DNA from: a virus
Length of the DNA stretch: 36,778 nt
Reading direction: 5' to 3' (one strand)
Virus record (IMG/VR): IMGVR_UViG_3300045988_162097
Span: 1 to 36,778 of that record
Shown: positions 7,233 through 16,684 of the stretch, piece by piece
Layout: every line of letters starts with the position of its first letter
Position numbering within the stretch: position 1 is the first letter of the stretch
The notes under the pieces: model-generated
What the model was told of the DNA's origin: nothing
The model's input: only the letters and a program-made list of their open reading frames with translations
Database searches by the model: none
Translations under genes and position numbers: made by a program

Positions 7233-7799
7233 ATGACAATTTACAATCAACCAATGAATCCAGGAATAGGCCAACCTATGAATCAACCGGACCGCGTGCT
7301 ATCTTGGGATGATACAATTCAAAAGGATTCAGAATTCGTCCTATTACCCGAAGGAGTCTACTATTTCACTGTATCTGGTTTAGAACGTGCCCAATACACG
7401 CCAGGTCCGAATAGTAAAATCCCAGCGTGCCCTCAAGCTAAAATTACAATCAAAATACCATCAGCACAGGGCGAGGCTACTATCCGCCATAACTTGTTCT
7501 TATACAGCTCTAATGAAGGACTTTTATCTGCGTTCTTTGGAGCTGTTGGGATGAAACAAAAAAACGCGCCGCTTCAAATGGATTTTGATAATATCATGGG
7601 CAAGTGTGGCTATTGCCGCATTAAAATGCGCACTTACAATGGTGACCAATACAACGAAGTTAAAGCGATGTTATATCCGGATGAAGTGAACCCAGCGCAA
7701 GTATTAAATGCTCAGTTTGTAAATGGCGGAATCCAGCAAGCTGCTCCTACGACTCAAGCTGCGCCTGTTGCTGGTCCATGGAATAACGGCGCATTCTAA
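7233..7799 (+). CDS. DUF669-like protein that commonly accompanies Sak4 (possible ssDNA-binding partner)
   Basis: Position between Sak4 and the helicase, and size 188 aa. The call rests on synteny, not on a recognised motif. Confidence 0.4.
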   Translation: MTIYNQPMNPGIGQPMNQPDRVLSWDDTIQKDSEFVLLPEGVYYFTVSGLERAQYTPGPNSKIPACPQAKITIKIPSAQGEATIRHNLFLYSSNEGLLSAFFGAVGMKQKNAPLQMDFDNIMGKCGYCRIKMRTYNGDQYNEVKAMLYPDEVNPAQVLNAQFVNGGIQQAAPTTQAAPVAGPWNNGAF

Positions 7800-7811
7800 G
7801 GGGTGTAATGA

Positions 7812-9407
7812 ATGGAACTCAGACCCTATCAGAACGAGGCACGGGAGTCCATTCATAAAGAATGGGCCGCTGGCAATAAAAAGACGCTGCTGGTCCTACC
7901 GACCGGATGTGGTAAGACGATTGTGTTCTCTAAAGTGATTGAGGACCGAGTAAGGCTAGGCGAGAGAGTTCTCGTCCTCGCTCACCGCTCTGAGTTACTA
8001 GACCAAGCAAGCGACAAGCTGCTACAAGCTACCGGTCTGCAGACTTCACTTGAAAAAGCGGAATCCACCAGTCTAGGTTCATGGAATCGTGTGGTCGTTG
8101 GGTCTGTTCAGACCTTGCAGCAGCCTAAGCGGCTGGCGAAGTTTAAACCGGACCATTTCGATTCCATTGTGGTCGACGAAGCGCACCATTGCATATCCGA
8201 TGGCTATCAGCGAGTGCTCAGCTACTTTGATGGAGCGAATGTGCTAGGGGTGACCGCTACTCCGGACCGAGGCGATATGAAAAACTTAGGAACGTACTTT
8301 GATTCACTAGCGTATGAATACACGCTGCCGAAGGCTATCCGTGAAGGCTATCTTAGCCCGATTAAGGCGTTGACAATTCCGTTATCACTCGACCTGGTTG
8401 GCGTTGGAATGTCGCAAGGCGATTTTAAGGCCAGCGATGTCGGGACGGCGCTTGACCCTTACTTGAAGCAAATAGCCGAGGAAATGAAGCAGCATTGTAT
8501 GGACAAAAAAACCGTGGTATTCCTGCCGCTGGTTAAAACTTCACAGAAGTTCCGTGATATCCTTAATTCAAAAGGATTCAAAGCTGCGGAAGTGAACGGC
8601 GAATCGAAGGACCGAGCGGAAGTGCTCGAAGCATTCGAGCGTGGGGACTATAATGTTCTTTGTAATTCCATGCTACTGACCGAAGGGTGGGATTGCCCAT
8701 CCGTGGATTGTGTGGTCGTACTTAGGCCGACTAAGGTCCGGGCGCTCTATTCTCAAATGGTCGGAAGGGGGACTCGCTTGTTCCCGGGTAAAACTCACTT
8801 GTTGCTGCTCGACTTCCTGTGGCATACTGAAAAGCACGAGCTATGCCGCCCAGCGCACCTTATCGCTGAGAATGAAGAAGTGGCTAAGGCCATGGTAGCG
8901 AAAACCGAGGAGCAGACCGGAGTGAAGTTAGACCTTGATGACCTAGAGGCTGCAGCGAAGGAAGACGTGACCGCTCAGCGTGAAGAAGCCCTTGCTAATA
9001 AACTGGCAGAAATGCGTAAGCGTAAGCGTAAGCTAGTAGACCCGCTTCAATTTGAAATGAGCATCCATGCTGAGGACCTAACCAGTTATGTTCCGGCATT
9101 TGGATGGGAAATGGAAAAACCAACCGAGAAACAAAAAATTACTCTCGAAAAATTGAGTATTTTCCCGGATGAGATTGATTCTGCTGGTAAGGCTCAGAAA
9201 ATGATTGAGCGCTTAACGAAGCGCCAAGCTGAGGGACTTACTACTCCTAAACAAATCCGTTTCTTAGAGCAGCGTGGTTTTCGTGATGTGGGAATGTGGC
9301 CGTTTGAAGCTGCTTTAAATATGATTAATAGAATAGCAGCGAACGGGTGGCGAATCCCACGAGGTGTCGTTGCAAAAGATTACAAACCGGAGAATGTTAA
9401 TGTATAA
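7812..9407 (+). CDS. Superfamily-2 DEAD/DEAH-box (SNF2-like) DNA helicase
   Basis: Motif I LVLPTGCGKT, motif II VVDEAHH, motif III VTATPDR, motif VI QMVGRGTR. Confidence 0.85.
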   Translation: MELRPYQNEARESIHKEWAAGNKKTLLVLPTGCGKTIVFSKVIEDRVRLGERVLVLAHRSELLDQASDKLLQATGLQTSLEKAESTSLGSWNRVVVGSVQTLQQPKRLAKFKPDHFDSIVVDEAHHCISDGYQRVLSYFDGANVLGVTATPDRGDMKNLGTYFDSLAYEYTLPKAIREGYLSPIKALTIPLSLDLVGVGMSQGDFKASDVGTALDPYLKQIAEEMKQHCMDKKTVVFLPLVKTSQKFRDILNSKGFKAAEVNGESKDRAEVLEAFERGDYNVLCNSMLLTEGWDCPSVDCVVVLRPTKVRALYSQMVGRGTRLFPGKTHLLLLDFLWHTEKHELCRPAHLIAENEEVAKAMVAKTEEQTGVKLDLDDLEAAAKEDVTAQREEALANKLAEMRKRKRKLVDPLQFEMSIHAEDLTSYVPAFGWEMEKPTEKQKITLEKLSIFPDEIDSAGKAQKMIERLTKRQAEGLTTPKQIRFLEQRGFRDVGMWPFEAALNMINRIAANGWRIPRGVVAKDYKPENVNV

Positions 9408-9446
9408 ATGTCAAATTCAAAAAGTTAAAAACGAGGGGGTGAGCTA

Positions 9447-11702
9447 ATGGCAGAAAGTACACAAACCGATTTTTTAGAAATTCTTGAAAATGTAGACCCA
9501 GCTTTGTTGGATTACCAGGAATGGGTCAATGTGGGTATGGCTCTTAAATATGAGGGCTATACAGCATCAGATTGGGATAGATGGTCGCAGCGTGATTCAC
9601 TCCGTTACCACCCAGGGGAGTGTTACTCGAAATGGGATACGTTCCAAGGAACTGGCTCACCTGTGACTGGTGGGACTATCTTCCACCTTGCTACTGAGCA
9701 GGGGTGGGAGCCATCGGGCACTCACGATCGATACGATGATGGTCGGGGCGTATTAGATTGGAACTCATATATTCAATATGACAATGGTTATAAATTTCTA
9801 GATAAGGCGTATGTAGATGGTAAGGAGTTCCATGAGCCGACTCATTTTAATCCGGTTCAGGAGATTATCCGTTACTTGGATACATTGTTCATGTCGGATG
9901 ACATCGTGGCCTATTCAATGGAAAGTTACCCTAAATACGGCGAGAATGGAGCTATCGAGAAGTATCTACCAAATAAAGGCAGCTATTATCGTACAGCCGG
10001 GGAGCTCATCCGTGAATTGAATCATTATCAGAATATAGATATGGCGCTTGGGTCCTACAATCCCGAAGCTGGAGCTTGGGTCCGATTTAATCCGTTTGAT
10101 GGCCAGGGCGTGAAAAATGAAAATGTGACGAACTTCCGTTATGCGCTTGTTGAGTCTGACAATATGGACCTAGAAAAGCAGAACGCTATCATGCGTGAGC
10201 TTGAGCTGCCAATTGCAGCTATGGTCTACAGTGGCGGCAAGTCCATTCATGCTATCGTTCGAATCGAAGCTGCTAATAAGGATGAATACAAGACCCGAGT
10301 GGATTACCTATATAAAATCTGTAAAAAGAATGGTCTAAATGTTGATGAGCAAAACAAGAACCCCAGCCGCTTGAGTAGGCTGCCAGGGGTTATCCGTGGG
10401 AATAGTAAGCAGTACATCATCGATACGAATATCGGGCAGGCTTCCTGGGATGAATGGTACCAATACATCGAGGACTTAAATGATGAACTGCCGGACCCTG
10501 AAGGCTTGAGTGATTCCTGGGATAATATGCCGGACCTTGCTCCGGAGCTAATCCAGGGCGTGCTGCGCCAAGGGCATAAAATGTTAATAGCTGGTCCATC
10601 GAAAGCTGGTAAATCATTCTTATTAATTGACATGACGATTGCTATTGCGGAGGGGTCCAAGTGGATAGGCTGGCCATGTACGCAGGGCAGGGTCCTATAT
10701 GTGAACCTTGAGCTCGACCGTGCATCGTGCTTGCATCGTTTTAAGGATGTATATACAGCCAGGGGCGTTGAGCCGAATCATGTTTCAAATATCGATATAT
10801 GGAACCTAAGGGGTAAAACCGTACCAATGGATAAACTGGCACCTAAGCTCATCAGACGAGCCCACAAGAAAGGCTATATCGCAGTTATCATCGACCCGAT
10901 TTATAAAGTACTGACTGGGGATGAGAACTCTGCAGACCAAATGGCCCACTTTACGAATCAGTTTGACAAAGTGGCCACTGAGCTAGGTTGCTCAGTTATC
11001 TACTGCCACCACCATTCGAAGGGTTCTCAAGGCAGCAAAAAATCCATGGACCGTGCCAGTGGGTCGGGCGTATTCGCTCGGGACCCTGACGCATTGATTG
11101 ACCTGGTCGAGCTTGATGTGACTGAAGAAGTCATGAAGCAGCGCACTGAGCGTGTCGCGTGTAGTATCTACAAGGACGCTATTAATCGCATGAATCGACC
11201 ATATATGGAGCAATACGTGGGACTTGATGACCTACAGTCTAGGGTCCAAATGCGCGACCATTTCGAGCGTGCAGTCGTTAATATCAAGGATAGATGGGAA
11301 ACGAACGAGCTCGTAAAAATCTCTATGGAAAAAACTAAATCAAGCACAGCCTGGCGCGTGGATGGCACGCTGCGTGAATTCGCGAAATTCAAACCTAAAA
11401 ATATATGGTTCAGCTATCCGTTGCATAGCGTGGACGAGTCCGGTATCTTGACTGACATAAAAGTGGATGATGCGACTCCGCCTTGGAAGAAGAATTTCCA
11501 AAAGAAAGCCGACCCGGACAAGCGCAAGGAGGAACGAGCAGCCGCTTTTGAGACGGCCTATGCTTCAGTATTTGATGGCGTGAACCCGGTCACTAAAAAT
11601 GACATGTGTGAGGCTTTGGGAATTTCTTCACGAACTTTCAAGCGCAGAATCGATGAAAATCCGGCTTATAAAATGGATGGAGATTACGTTCTAAAAGTAT
11701 AG
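9447..11702 (+). CDS. Bifunctional primase-polymerase (AEP/PrimPol domain) fused to a P4-alpha/D5-type NTPase (primase-helicase)
   Basis: AEP motifs (LVESDNMD; SGGKSIHAIVRI; RLSRLPGVIRGN). Walker A GPSKAGKS and Walker B-like AVIIDPIY in the C-terminal half. Confidence 0.8.
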   Translation: MAESTQTDFLEILENVDPALLDYQEWVNVGMALKYEGYTASDWDRWSQRDSLRYHPGECYSKWDTFQGTGSPVTGGTIFHLATEQGWEPSGTHDRYDDGRGVLDWNSYIQYDNGYKFLDKAYVDGKEFHEPTHFNPVQEIIRYLDTLFMSDDIVAYSMESYPKYGENGAIEKYLPNKGSYYRTAGELIRELNHYQNIDMALGSYNPEAGAWVRFNPFDGQGVKNENVTNFRYALVESDNMDLEKQNAIMRELELPIAAMVYSGGKSIHAIVRIEAANKDEYKTRVDYLYKICKKNGLNVDEQNKNPSRLSRLPGVIRGNSKQYIIDTNIGQASWDEWYQYIEDLNDELPDPEGLSDSWDNMPDLAPELIQGVLRQGHKMLIAGPSKAGKSFLLIDMTIAIAEGSKWIGWPCTQGRVLYVNLELDRASCLHRFKDVYTARGVEPNHVSNIDIWNLRGKTVPMDKLAPKLIRRAHKKGYIAVIIDPIYKVLTGDENSADQMAHFTNQFDKVATELGCSVIYCHHHSKGSQGSKKSMDRASGSGVFARDPDALIDLVELDVTEEVMKQRTERVACSIYKDAINRMNRPYMEQYVGLDDLQSRVQMRDHFERAVVNIKDRWETNELVKISMEKTKSSTAWRVDGTLREFAKFKPKNIWFSYPLHSVDESGILTDIKVDDATPPWKKNFQKKADPDKRKEERAAAFETAYASVFDGVNPVTKNDMCEALGISSRTFKRRIDENPAYKMDGDYVLKV

Positions 11703-12055
11703 ATTTTACACCCAGCAGGTGTATTGGACAAAGACAAACTCGAGGACATGTCATTGGACAAAATGGACAAAACACCGAGTTTGTCCTGTCCGCCGAGTAA
11801 AATTAATTACACCTTTTAGGTGTAGTGGACATGGACAAAGTCGAGGCATTTGTCGAGTTTGTCCATGGACAGGCACCCTATACCCTTATAAGGGGTAAAA
11901 AGTGGAAGTGTCCAAAATTGGCCAGGTCCATGAATGGGTCAGTCAAGGGGGCATTAAATGCTGCCCCCCTTGGCCTGCCCAATCAATCATGGACAATCGC
12001 GAAAAAGAAAAATAAAAGAACGTGAAAAAATCACAAAGTAAAATGAGGTAAAAAT
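11703..12055. repeat. Putative origin of replication: iterons TGGACAAA (at least 4 direct copies), inverted TTTGTCC, 10-bp palindrome GTCCATGGAC, two ACACC…GGTGT hairpins, a GC hairpin, and an A-rich unwinding tract
   Basis: Non-coding 350-bp gap immediately downstream of the primase-helicase gene. Repeats seen directly at 11725-11772, 11826-11873, 11708-11722 and 11810-11824. The A-rich stretch lies at 12001-12055. Confidence 0.55.
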
Positions 12056-12295
12056 ATGAGACGTAAAAAATCGGTAAAATTAGAAGTTGCAAAAAATATG
12101 CCGATGACCTTTCATAGGCTCCCGGGTATGGAATACGACCCGGACAAATCGAAGGTACTCGATTGGATTGCAAATCAGCCCGAATTACTCGAATGGGTTT
12201 TTGAGCAGCTGTACTCAACCGGGTACATCGTTTATGACCCTGCCTGGGGGGCGTGGCATGGTGTCAATTTTAGAAATGCGGAGAACTCGTTATGA
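12056..12295 (+). CDS. Hypothetical protein (79 aa)
   Basis: ORF with SD-like TGAGGT upstream. Confidence 0.5.
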   Translation: MRRKKSVKLEVAKNMPMTFHRLPGMEYDPDKSKVLDWIANQPELLEWVFEQLYSTGYIVYDPAWGAWHGVNFRNAENSL

Positions 12296-12687
12296 TGGTT
12301 GAATTTTTCGTTCCTATGGAACTACCAACAACTACGCATCAGCAGAAGAAAGTATCAGTCAAAAATGGCCAGCCACAATTCTACGAACCGGACGATGTGG
12401 TCGCTGCTCGTGCTAAGTTTATGGCTTACTTCTCGCACTTCGTTCCTCCCGATAAATTAAAGGCTCCGCTGCGCTTAACCACAAAGTGGATTTATCCCTT
12501 AAAAAAAGGCACATATAATGGCCAGTGGAAAACGACCAAACCCGACACGGATAATATCATCAAGCTGCCGCAAGATTGCCTGGCCGAGTTGGGGTTCTTT
12601 GAAAACGATGCAGGTATCGCTTCGAATATCATTGAAAAATTTTGGGGCGACCCGTGCGGCGTTTATGTTAAATTAGAGGAGTTGTAA
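12292..12687 (+). CDS. rusA: RusA-family Holliday junction resolvase
   Basis: Size ~130 aa and motif TKPDTDNIIKLPQDCLAELGFFENDAGI, which matches the RusA catalytic Asp cluster. Start ATG 12292/12295 overlaps the upstream stop. Confidence 0.65.
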   Translation: MMVEFFVPMELPTTTHQQKKVSVKNGQPQFYEPDDVVAARAKFMAYFSHFVPPDKLKAPLRLTTKWIYPLKKGTYNGQWKTTKPDTDNIIKLPQDCLAELGFFENDAGIASNIIEKFWGDPCGVYVKLEEL

Positions 12688-12692
12688 AACCT

Positions 12693-12950
12693 ATGAATTA
12701 TCAAGCGTTTTATACGGATGTGGGGCTGTGGATTCTAGAGCAGCAACGGCAAGCTCAGCAGCTCGGATTTGGGTCCGCTGCATATCTTGATTGGGTTATC
12801 CGGTCCGGTGGCCAGTTGTGCGATAAATATTCTAATGACAATTTTGTATTAAAGCAGGTCGGGTTCCTGTGGGACCATATTGACGAAGTTTTAAAAAAGC
12901 AAGGAAGGGGTACAATCCATGAGCGGGTCAAAAGAAATAAAAATATATAG
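12693..12950 (+). CDS. Hypothetical protein (85 aa)
   Basis: ORF with SD AGAGGAG. Confidence 0.5.
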   Translation: MNYQAFYTDVGLWILEQQRQAQQLGFGSAAYLDWVIRSGGQLCDKYSNDNFVLKQVGFLWDHIDEVLKKQGRGTIHERVKRNKNI

Positions 12951-13320
12951 TGAAGCATACGAATACGAGAATATAGTTATCATCACGATCGATGGAGAAA
13001 ATCGTGTTATGCGTAAATCTGACGGGGCTATCTTGGGGCCTGCTCCGGAGTTACTCAAAAGCAGCCGGGTCCAGTTGCCCGAACTCCCAGAAGTGGAAAA
13101 GTCCAGGACTGCTCATAGGTTCCAGGATACATCTCTACGCATAGAGCTTGCTGAGTGCCTGAAGACGAATGAGCTCGCATTGTCTGACTTTGTAAAACAA
13201 TCAAATATTTTAAACTACCATCAGACTTATAATTTCCTAAAAAAGGGCACTCGCATGACCCTGCAAGACTTAAATGAAATAAAAAGGATAGTGAATCAAT
13301 ATGTATGTAATTCAAAATAA
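12919..13320 (+). CDS. Hypothetical protein (133 aa)
   Basis: ORF with SD GGAAGGGG 8 nt upstream. Overlaps the previous ORF by 32 nt. Confidence 0.5.
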   Translation: MSGSKEIKIYSEAYEYENIVIITIDGENRVMRKSDGAILGPAPELLKSSRVQLPELPEVEKSRTAHRFQDTSLRIELAECLKTNELALSDFVKQSNILNYHQTYNFLKKGTRMTLQDLNEIKRIVNQYVCNSK

Positions 13321-13753
13321 GGACGGTTTTTTCTTCAGCGGTCTAAAGTCTTATGCCACTGTTTTTGGCTATTATTCTTCAGACCATCCTATGACGACTC
13401 ACGTATTCAAGTTATACTTAGAAGATGCTGCGTTTTTCGGTGGTGTCATCGTGGCCTTACTTTATATGCAGGAGCATGGCATCAAAGGACGCATCATACG
13501 TGTAAACAATTCAAACAATCGAAACAATCGGCCGGTTATGGTCCAGGTCCTGCTGCCTGGTCAGAGCGAGTTTGCTCCCTATGTGGAATACATTGACAAC
13601 TACTTACAGGGCGACTCGGACCGCTATATTCGAGCTTTAAATCTATTAAATACGACCGGACCGGAGTTGATTAAGTTCTTACGGGACCCGGATTCGGTCC
13701 ACCCGTTGATACGTGAAAATATTATCGACAATATACAGAATTTGAATGAATGA
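13301..13753 (+). CDS. Hypothetical protein (150 aa)
   Basis: ORF with SD AAGGA upstream. Confidence 0.5.
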   Translation: MYVIQNKDGFFFSGLKSYATVFGYYSSDHPMTTHVFKLYLEDAAFFGGVIVALLYMQEHGIKGRIIRVNNSNNRNNRPVMVQVLLPGQSEFAPYVEYIDNYLQGDSDRYIRALNLLNTTGPELIKFLRDPDSVHPLIRENIIDNIQNLNE

Positions 13754-13764
13754 GGGGCGTTTTT

Positions 13765-14556
13765 ATGCAAATCAAAAATACTAAAAAAATAATGCAAATA
13801 ATCGCAAAATTGGACGAATTTCTCGACCTGCTCGATGAGCAAAAATTTACGGAGTTTTCTAAAAAATACGAAGCGTGGGACCATCATTTGGCTCTTTTAT
13901 CATCTTGCTTCAGCGAAAAATCCGACCCAGTTATCCCAGGAGCTAAGAGCCTGGTAGAAAAAAGAGCGCTGTTGAAAAATGTTGCGGTCCAAGAGGCGTA
14001 TGTTCGTGGATTCGTGTCTGCGTTCCAGAATTTAGGTATCGCATTTAATTTCACGCCGTCCGGACTCGAAATCATGGCAAAACTAGGCAGCGACAAATCA
14101 ACACTACCAGTGGACAATAAATACGGCGCTCAGTCGTTCGACCTTCCGCCTTATATCCCGAAGAAGTTCGAATATTGGCGTGACGCTGCAAATGCTGACG
14201 AAACCGTTTCAGTTGCAACTGATGCTTATGGTCGTTCTTGTATACTCGACCAGTCGATGTATGCTCATGAATCTGCAGTCGCTGATTCTATTCCTACTGA
14301 TTCAGCAGTGCACTCTCCGGCGCATTACGTGGGCACACTCGGGCTCGAAGTGTCACAGGTCCTGTTGGAGTTCGTTAAGAATAAATGCGGCTTAGAAGCC
14401 CACCATTGGTGCTCAGCGGTCGAATACTTGCTGCGCTATGCTGAGAAAAACGGAGCCGAGGACCTAGAAAAAGCAAAAGTGAACCTTGAGTGGTTACTCG
14501 AGGACGTCTATGCTGCAGAAGCTACGAAAGGAGTGAATCATGCATGGAGGAGTTAA
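13765..14556 (+). CDS. Hypothetical protein with a C-terminal DUF3310-like domain
   Basis: C-terminal SPAHYVGTLGLEVSQVLLEFVKN…AVEYLLRYAEKNGAEDLEKAKVNLEWLLE matches the conserved phage DUF3310 pattern (P.HY…E.I…KYL.R…DL.KA..YL). Start moved to ATG 13765 after GAGGGG. Confidence 0.55.
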   Translation: MQIKNTKKIMQIIAKLDEFLDLLDEQKFTEFSKKYEAWDHHLALLSSCFSEKSDPVIPGAKSLVEKRALLKNVAVQEAYVRGFVSAFQNLGIAFNFTPSGLEIMAKLGSDKSTLPVDNKYGAQSFDLPPYIPKKFEYWRDAANADETVSVATDAYGRSCILDQSMYAHESAVADSIPTDSAVHSPAHYVGTLGLEVSQVLLEFVKNKCGLEAHHWCSAVEYLLRYAEKNGAEDLEKAKVNLEWLLEDVYAAEATKGVNHAWRS

Positions 14557-14831
14557 AAGTAAGCCCGTTTGAAACTTTTAATACAGACGATGGTATAATT
14601 GCTATAAATATAAATCGTATAGCGATGGTACGTGACCGCACTAGCCATGAAGGTAAAAAAAGGGTACAGTTGCATATTTCGAATGAGGCAGGTTGCATCA
14701 TCGTGAATCATTCGATGGAGAGCGTGCTGCGTTTGATTGAGTTGAAATTAGAAGAAGTTGCTAGAAGTGAAAGTCGTATACTTTGGGAAGAAAAAGGCGA
14801 ATTACAAAGAATAGGAGCGTTAGGAAGATGA
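14544..14831 (+). CDS. Hypothetical protein (~96 aa)
   Basis: ATG after SD AAAGGAG. The track ORF starts earlier, at 14490, without an RBS. Confidence 0.45.
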   Translation: MEELKVSPFETFNTDDGIIAININRIAMVRDRTSHEGKKRVQLHISNEAGCIIVNHSMESVLRLIELKLEEVARSESRILWEEKGELQRIGALGR

Positions 14832-15025
14832 AAGTGAAAATGAAAATTAAGTTAATGTGGTTGAGTTTTTGGTTGGCACTTGCGTTTGTGGGGTTTGTAG
14901 CTGAGGTGTTCGGTTGGTCCACAGTTCCTGCGTTTTGGTCCTTTGTATGCTTATTCTGTGCTGGCGTGGTCGGATACGTATCCCAGGAGGAGCTGGCCGC
15001 TCTTATGTTAGAAGGGAATGTGTAG
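14828..15025 (+). CDS. Small membrane protein (two predicted TM helices)
   Basis: MKVKMKIKLMWLSFWLALAFVGFVAEVFGWSTVPAFWSFVCLFCAGVVGYV. ATGA overlap with the upstream stop. Confidence 0.45.
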   Translation: MKVKMKIKLMWLSFWLALAFVGFVAEVFGWSTVPAFWSFVCLFCAGVVGYVSQEELAALMLEGNV

Positions 15026-15028
15026 ATT

Positions 15029-15268
15029 ATGGCTTACACTGTCAGATTATATAAAAACAACGGGAACCTTGGCCGGATTTATACCAATGTCCACACGGTC
15101 CACTTTACTAAGAATGAATCGCTCGTTTTAACCGGGCGGTTCGGTCCTAAGTATAACCAGGCAGAGATTTGGTGGCGCAAGTTGGGCTTTCATCATGTTA
15201 CTATTACTGAGGAGACCGATGATGATTCGGATGATTCTCCTTATGTCATAAAAACTGAACTCGTATAG
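15029..15268 (+). CDS. Hypothetical protein (79 aa, acidic DDDSDDS tail region)
   Basis: ORF with SD GAAGGGA. Confidence 0.5.
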   Translation: MAYTVRLYKNNGNLGRIYTNVHTVHFTKNESLVLTGRFGPKYNQAEIWWRKLGFHHVTITEETDDDSDDSPYVIKTELV

Positions 15269-15281
15269 GAGGAGTGTATAT

Positions 15282-15731
15282 ATGAAAAAAATTATTATTA
15301 ATTTACCAGACAATGGTGGTTACAATATCGAAGGGATGGATGAAATTAATAACCATAGTGACTGCGTGTGGGCAATATTGGCTGCGCGCTTAGTAGAAGA
15401 TAGAGCGATAAAACAAGGCTATCTTTATGAAATAGAAAACGGCATGGAGCATCGTTTGGATAAAAATAAAGGTAGAATTCAATTATTAGTTAATGAAGAC
15501 TTTGAAAAAAGGGACATCGGAGCTTCGGTATCTCCTACTTATATTCAAATTGAACTGCCTAATAATGTACCGTCTAAAATTCAACCGATTGTTATTCTAC
15601 CCGATGAGAATTGTAGTAGTATCGATGTGAAGGTATCTCAGAACGGTAAAAATTATGCATCGTTTGAATTAGTTACTACTGAATTAATTGAACCACAAAT
15701 CATTAACTTGAATACAGGAAGCGTGTATTAA
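15282..15731 (+). CDS. AT-rich moron gene, hypothetical soluble protein (149 aa)
   Basis: Strong SD AGGAGG. GC content is visibly lower (~33%) than the flanking genes (~44%). Followed by an intrinsic terminator. Confidence 0.55.
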   Translation: MKKIIINLPDNGGYNIEGMDEINNHSDCVWAILAARLVEDRAIKQGYLYEIENGMEHRLDKNKGRIQLLVNEDFEKRDIGASVSPTYIQIELPNNVPSKIQPIVILPDENCSSIDVKVSQNGKNYASFELVTTELIEPQIINLNTGSVY

Positions 15732-15762
15732 TGATATGAGTATTTTTTCATCACGATCAATA

Positions 15763-15790
15763 GCGCCCTTTTTCCAGGGCGTACTTTTTA
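15763..15790 (+). terminator. Rho-independent terminator after the moron gene
   Basis: Stem CGCCCT/AGGGCG with a 6-nt loop, followed by TACTTTTT. Confidence 0.6.
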
Positions 15791-15804
15791 GGAGGTAAAA
15801 ATTT

Positions 15805-16164
15805 ATGAATAGCGAAGTAATTCAAAAAATCGCGGATATGTTCCAAGTCAGCTTTGAAAAAGCGACTGAGCTTTATCCGCTTATCAGAACCCAATACACT
15901 ATCTATACAATTTTTGATTTTATTGGTACCATGTTGATTGTCTTGTTAGCCCTTTGGATATTTTTCGGTGGCACTTATTTCTTCGTAAAAGTGCAGGATG
16001 TTTTTCTTGAGGATGATGAAAATGAAGAGACCATCGTTTTTAAATCGCATTTTAAATCGTTTATTAAAGCCGTGCTCGCATTAGGAGTTTTAATCGTCAT
16101 TATGTATGTGCTGCGCACGGTCTTAGCTCCGGATATTTCGTTTATCCGTGATATTTTGAAATAA
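15805..16164 (+). CDS. Membrane protein (two TM helices). Candidate superinfection-exclusion or host-interaction moron
   Basis: Hydrophobic helices IYTIFDFIGTMLIVLLALWIFFGG and AVLALGVLIVIMYVL. SD AGGAGG. Confidence 0.5.
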   Translation: MNSEVIQKIADMFQVSFEKATELYPLIRTQYTIYTIFDFIGTMLIVLLALWIFFGGTYFFVKVQDVFLEDDENEETIVFKSHFKSFIKAVLALGVLIVIMYVLRTVLAPDISFIRDILK

Positions 16165-16176
16165 GAGGTGTATACT

Positions 16177-16674
16177 ATGAGTGAAAATTCTTCAGCAACA
16201 GCTCATCTTGAAGCGGCTATGTTGGACTTTAGAACTACGCGTCAGGGGACAGTTGAGTTGCATTATACTTTCAAAGATGGCCAGGAAGTATATATTTTAG
16301 AAAGTGATGGCATGATTGTGCCGATGAAGTGGAGAGCTACTCCTTATCAATGTATGATGCATCATCATGGTGTGGTCTTTACAAATCTGGCCGATGCAAT
16401 GAACGTTAGGGACAAGCGATTATTATTAACGATAATTGCAGAATTCAGAAAGATGCGCAATGATGGCTGGGAGCCGTCTTTTGGTGGGGCTAGTCTGAAG
16501 GACGCAGCGCCGAAGTGGTACATCGGTTTTTTAGGAGACGACTTATTCGAAGGAATGGAAGTCACGAGCTGCTCATTTCCGCTTTTTGGATATTTCAAAA
16601 AGCAGGACGATGTAAAGATGGCCATCATGCTTTTTGGTAAAGAAATTAAGCGCCTATTCTGTGGCGAGTTCTAA
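16177..16674 (+). CDS. Hypothetical protein (~165 aa)
   Basis: ATG 16177 after AAGAGGTG. The track ORF begins at GTG 16168. Confidence 0.5.
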   Translation: MSENSSATAHLEAAMLDFRTTRQGTVELHYTFKDGQEVYILESDGMIVPMKWRATPYQCMMHHHGVVFTNLADAMNVRDKRLLLTIIAEFRKMRNDGWEPSFGGASLKDAAPKWYIGFLGDDLFEGMEVTSCSFPLFGYFKKQDDVKMAIMLFGKEIKRLFCGEF

Positions 16675-16684
16675 GGAGTGTACT

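Noticed and set aside
7723-7938. 71-aa + strand ORF overlapping the DUF669 and helicase genes
   Set aside because: Out-of-frame overlap with two well-supported genes and no RBS.
11825-12025. 66-aa + strand ORF inside the putative origin
   Set aside because: Overlaps iterons and hairpins. No RBS. The region is better explained as cis-acting DNA.
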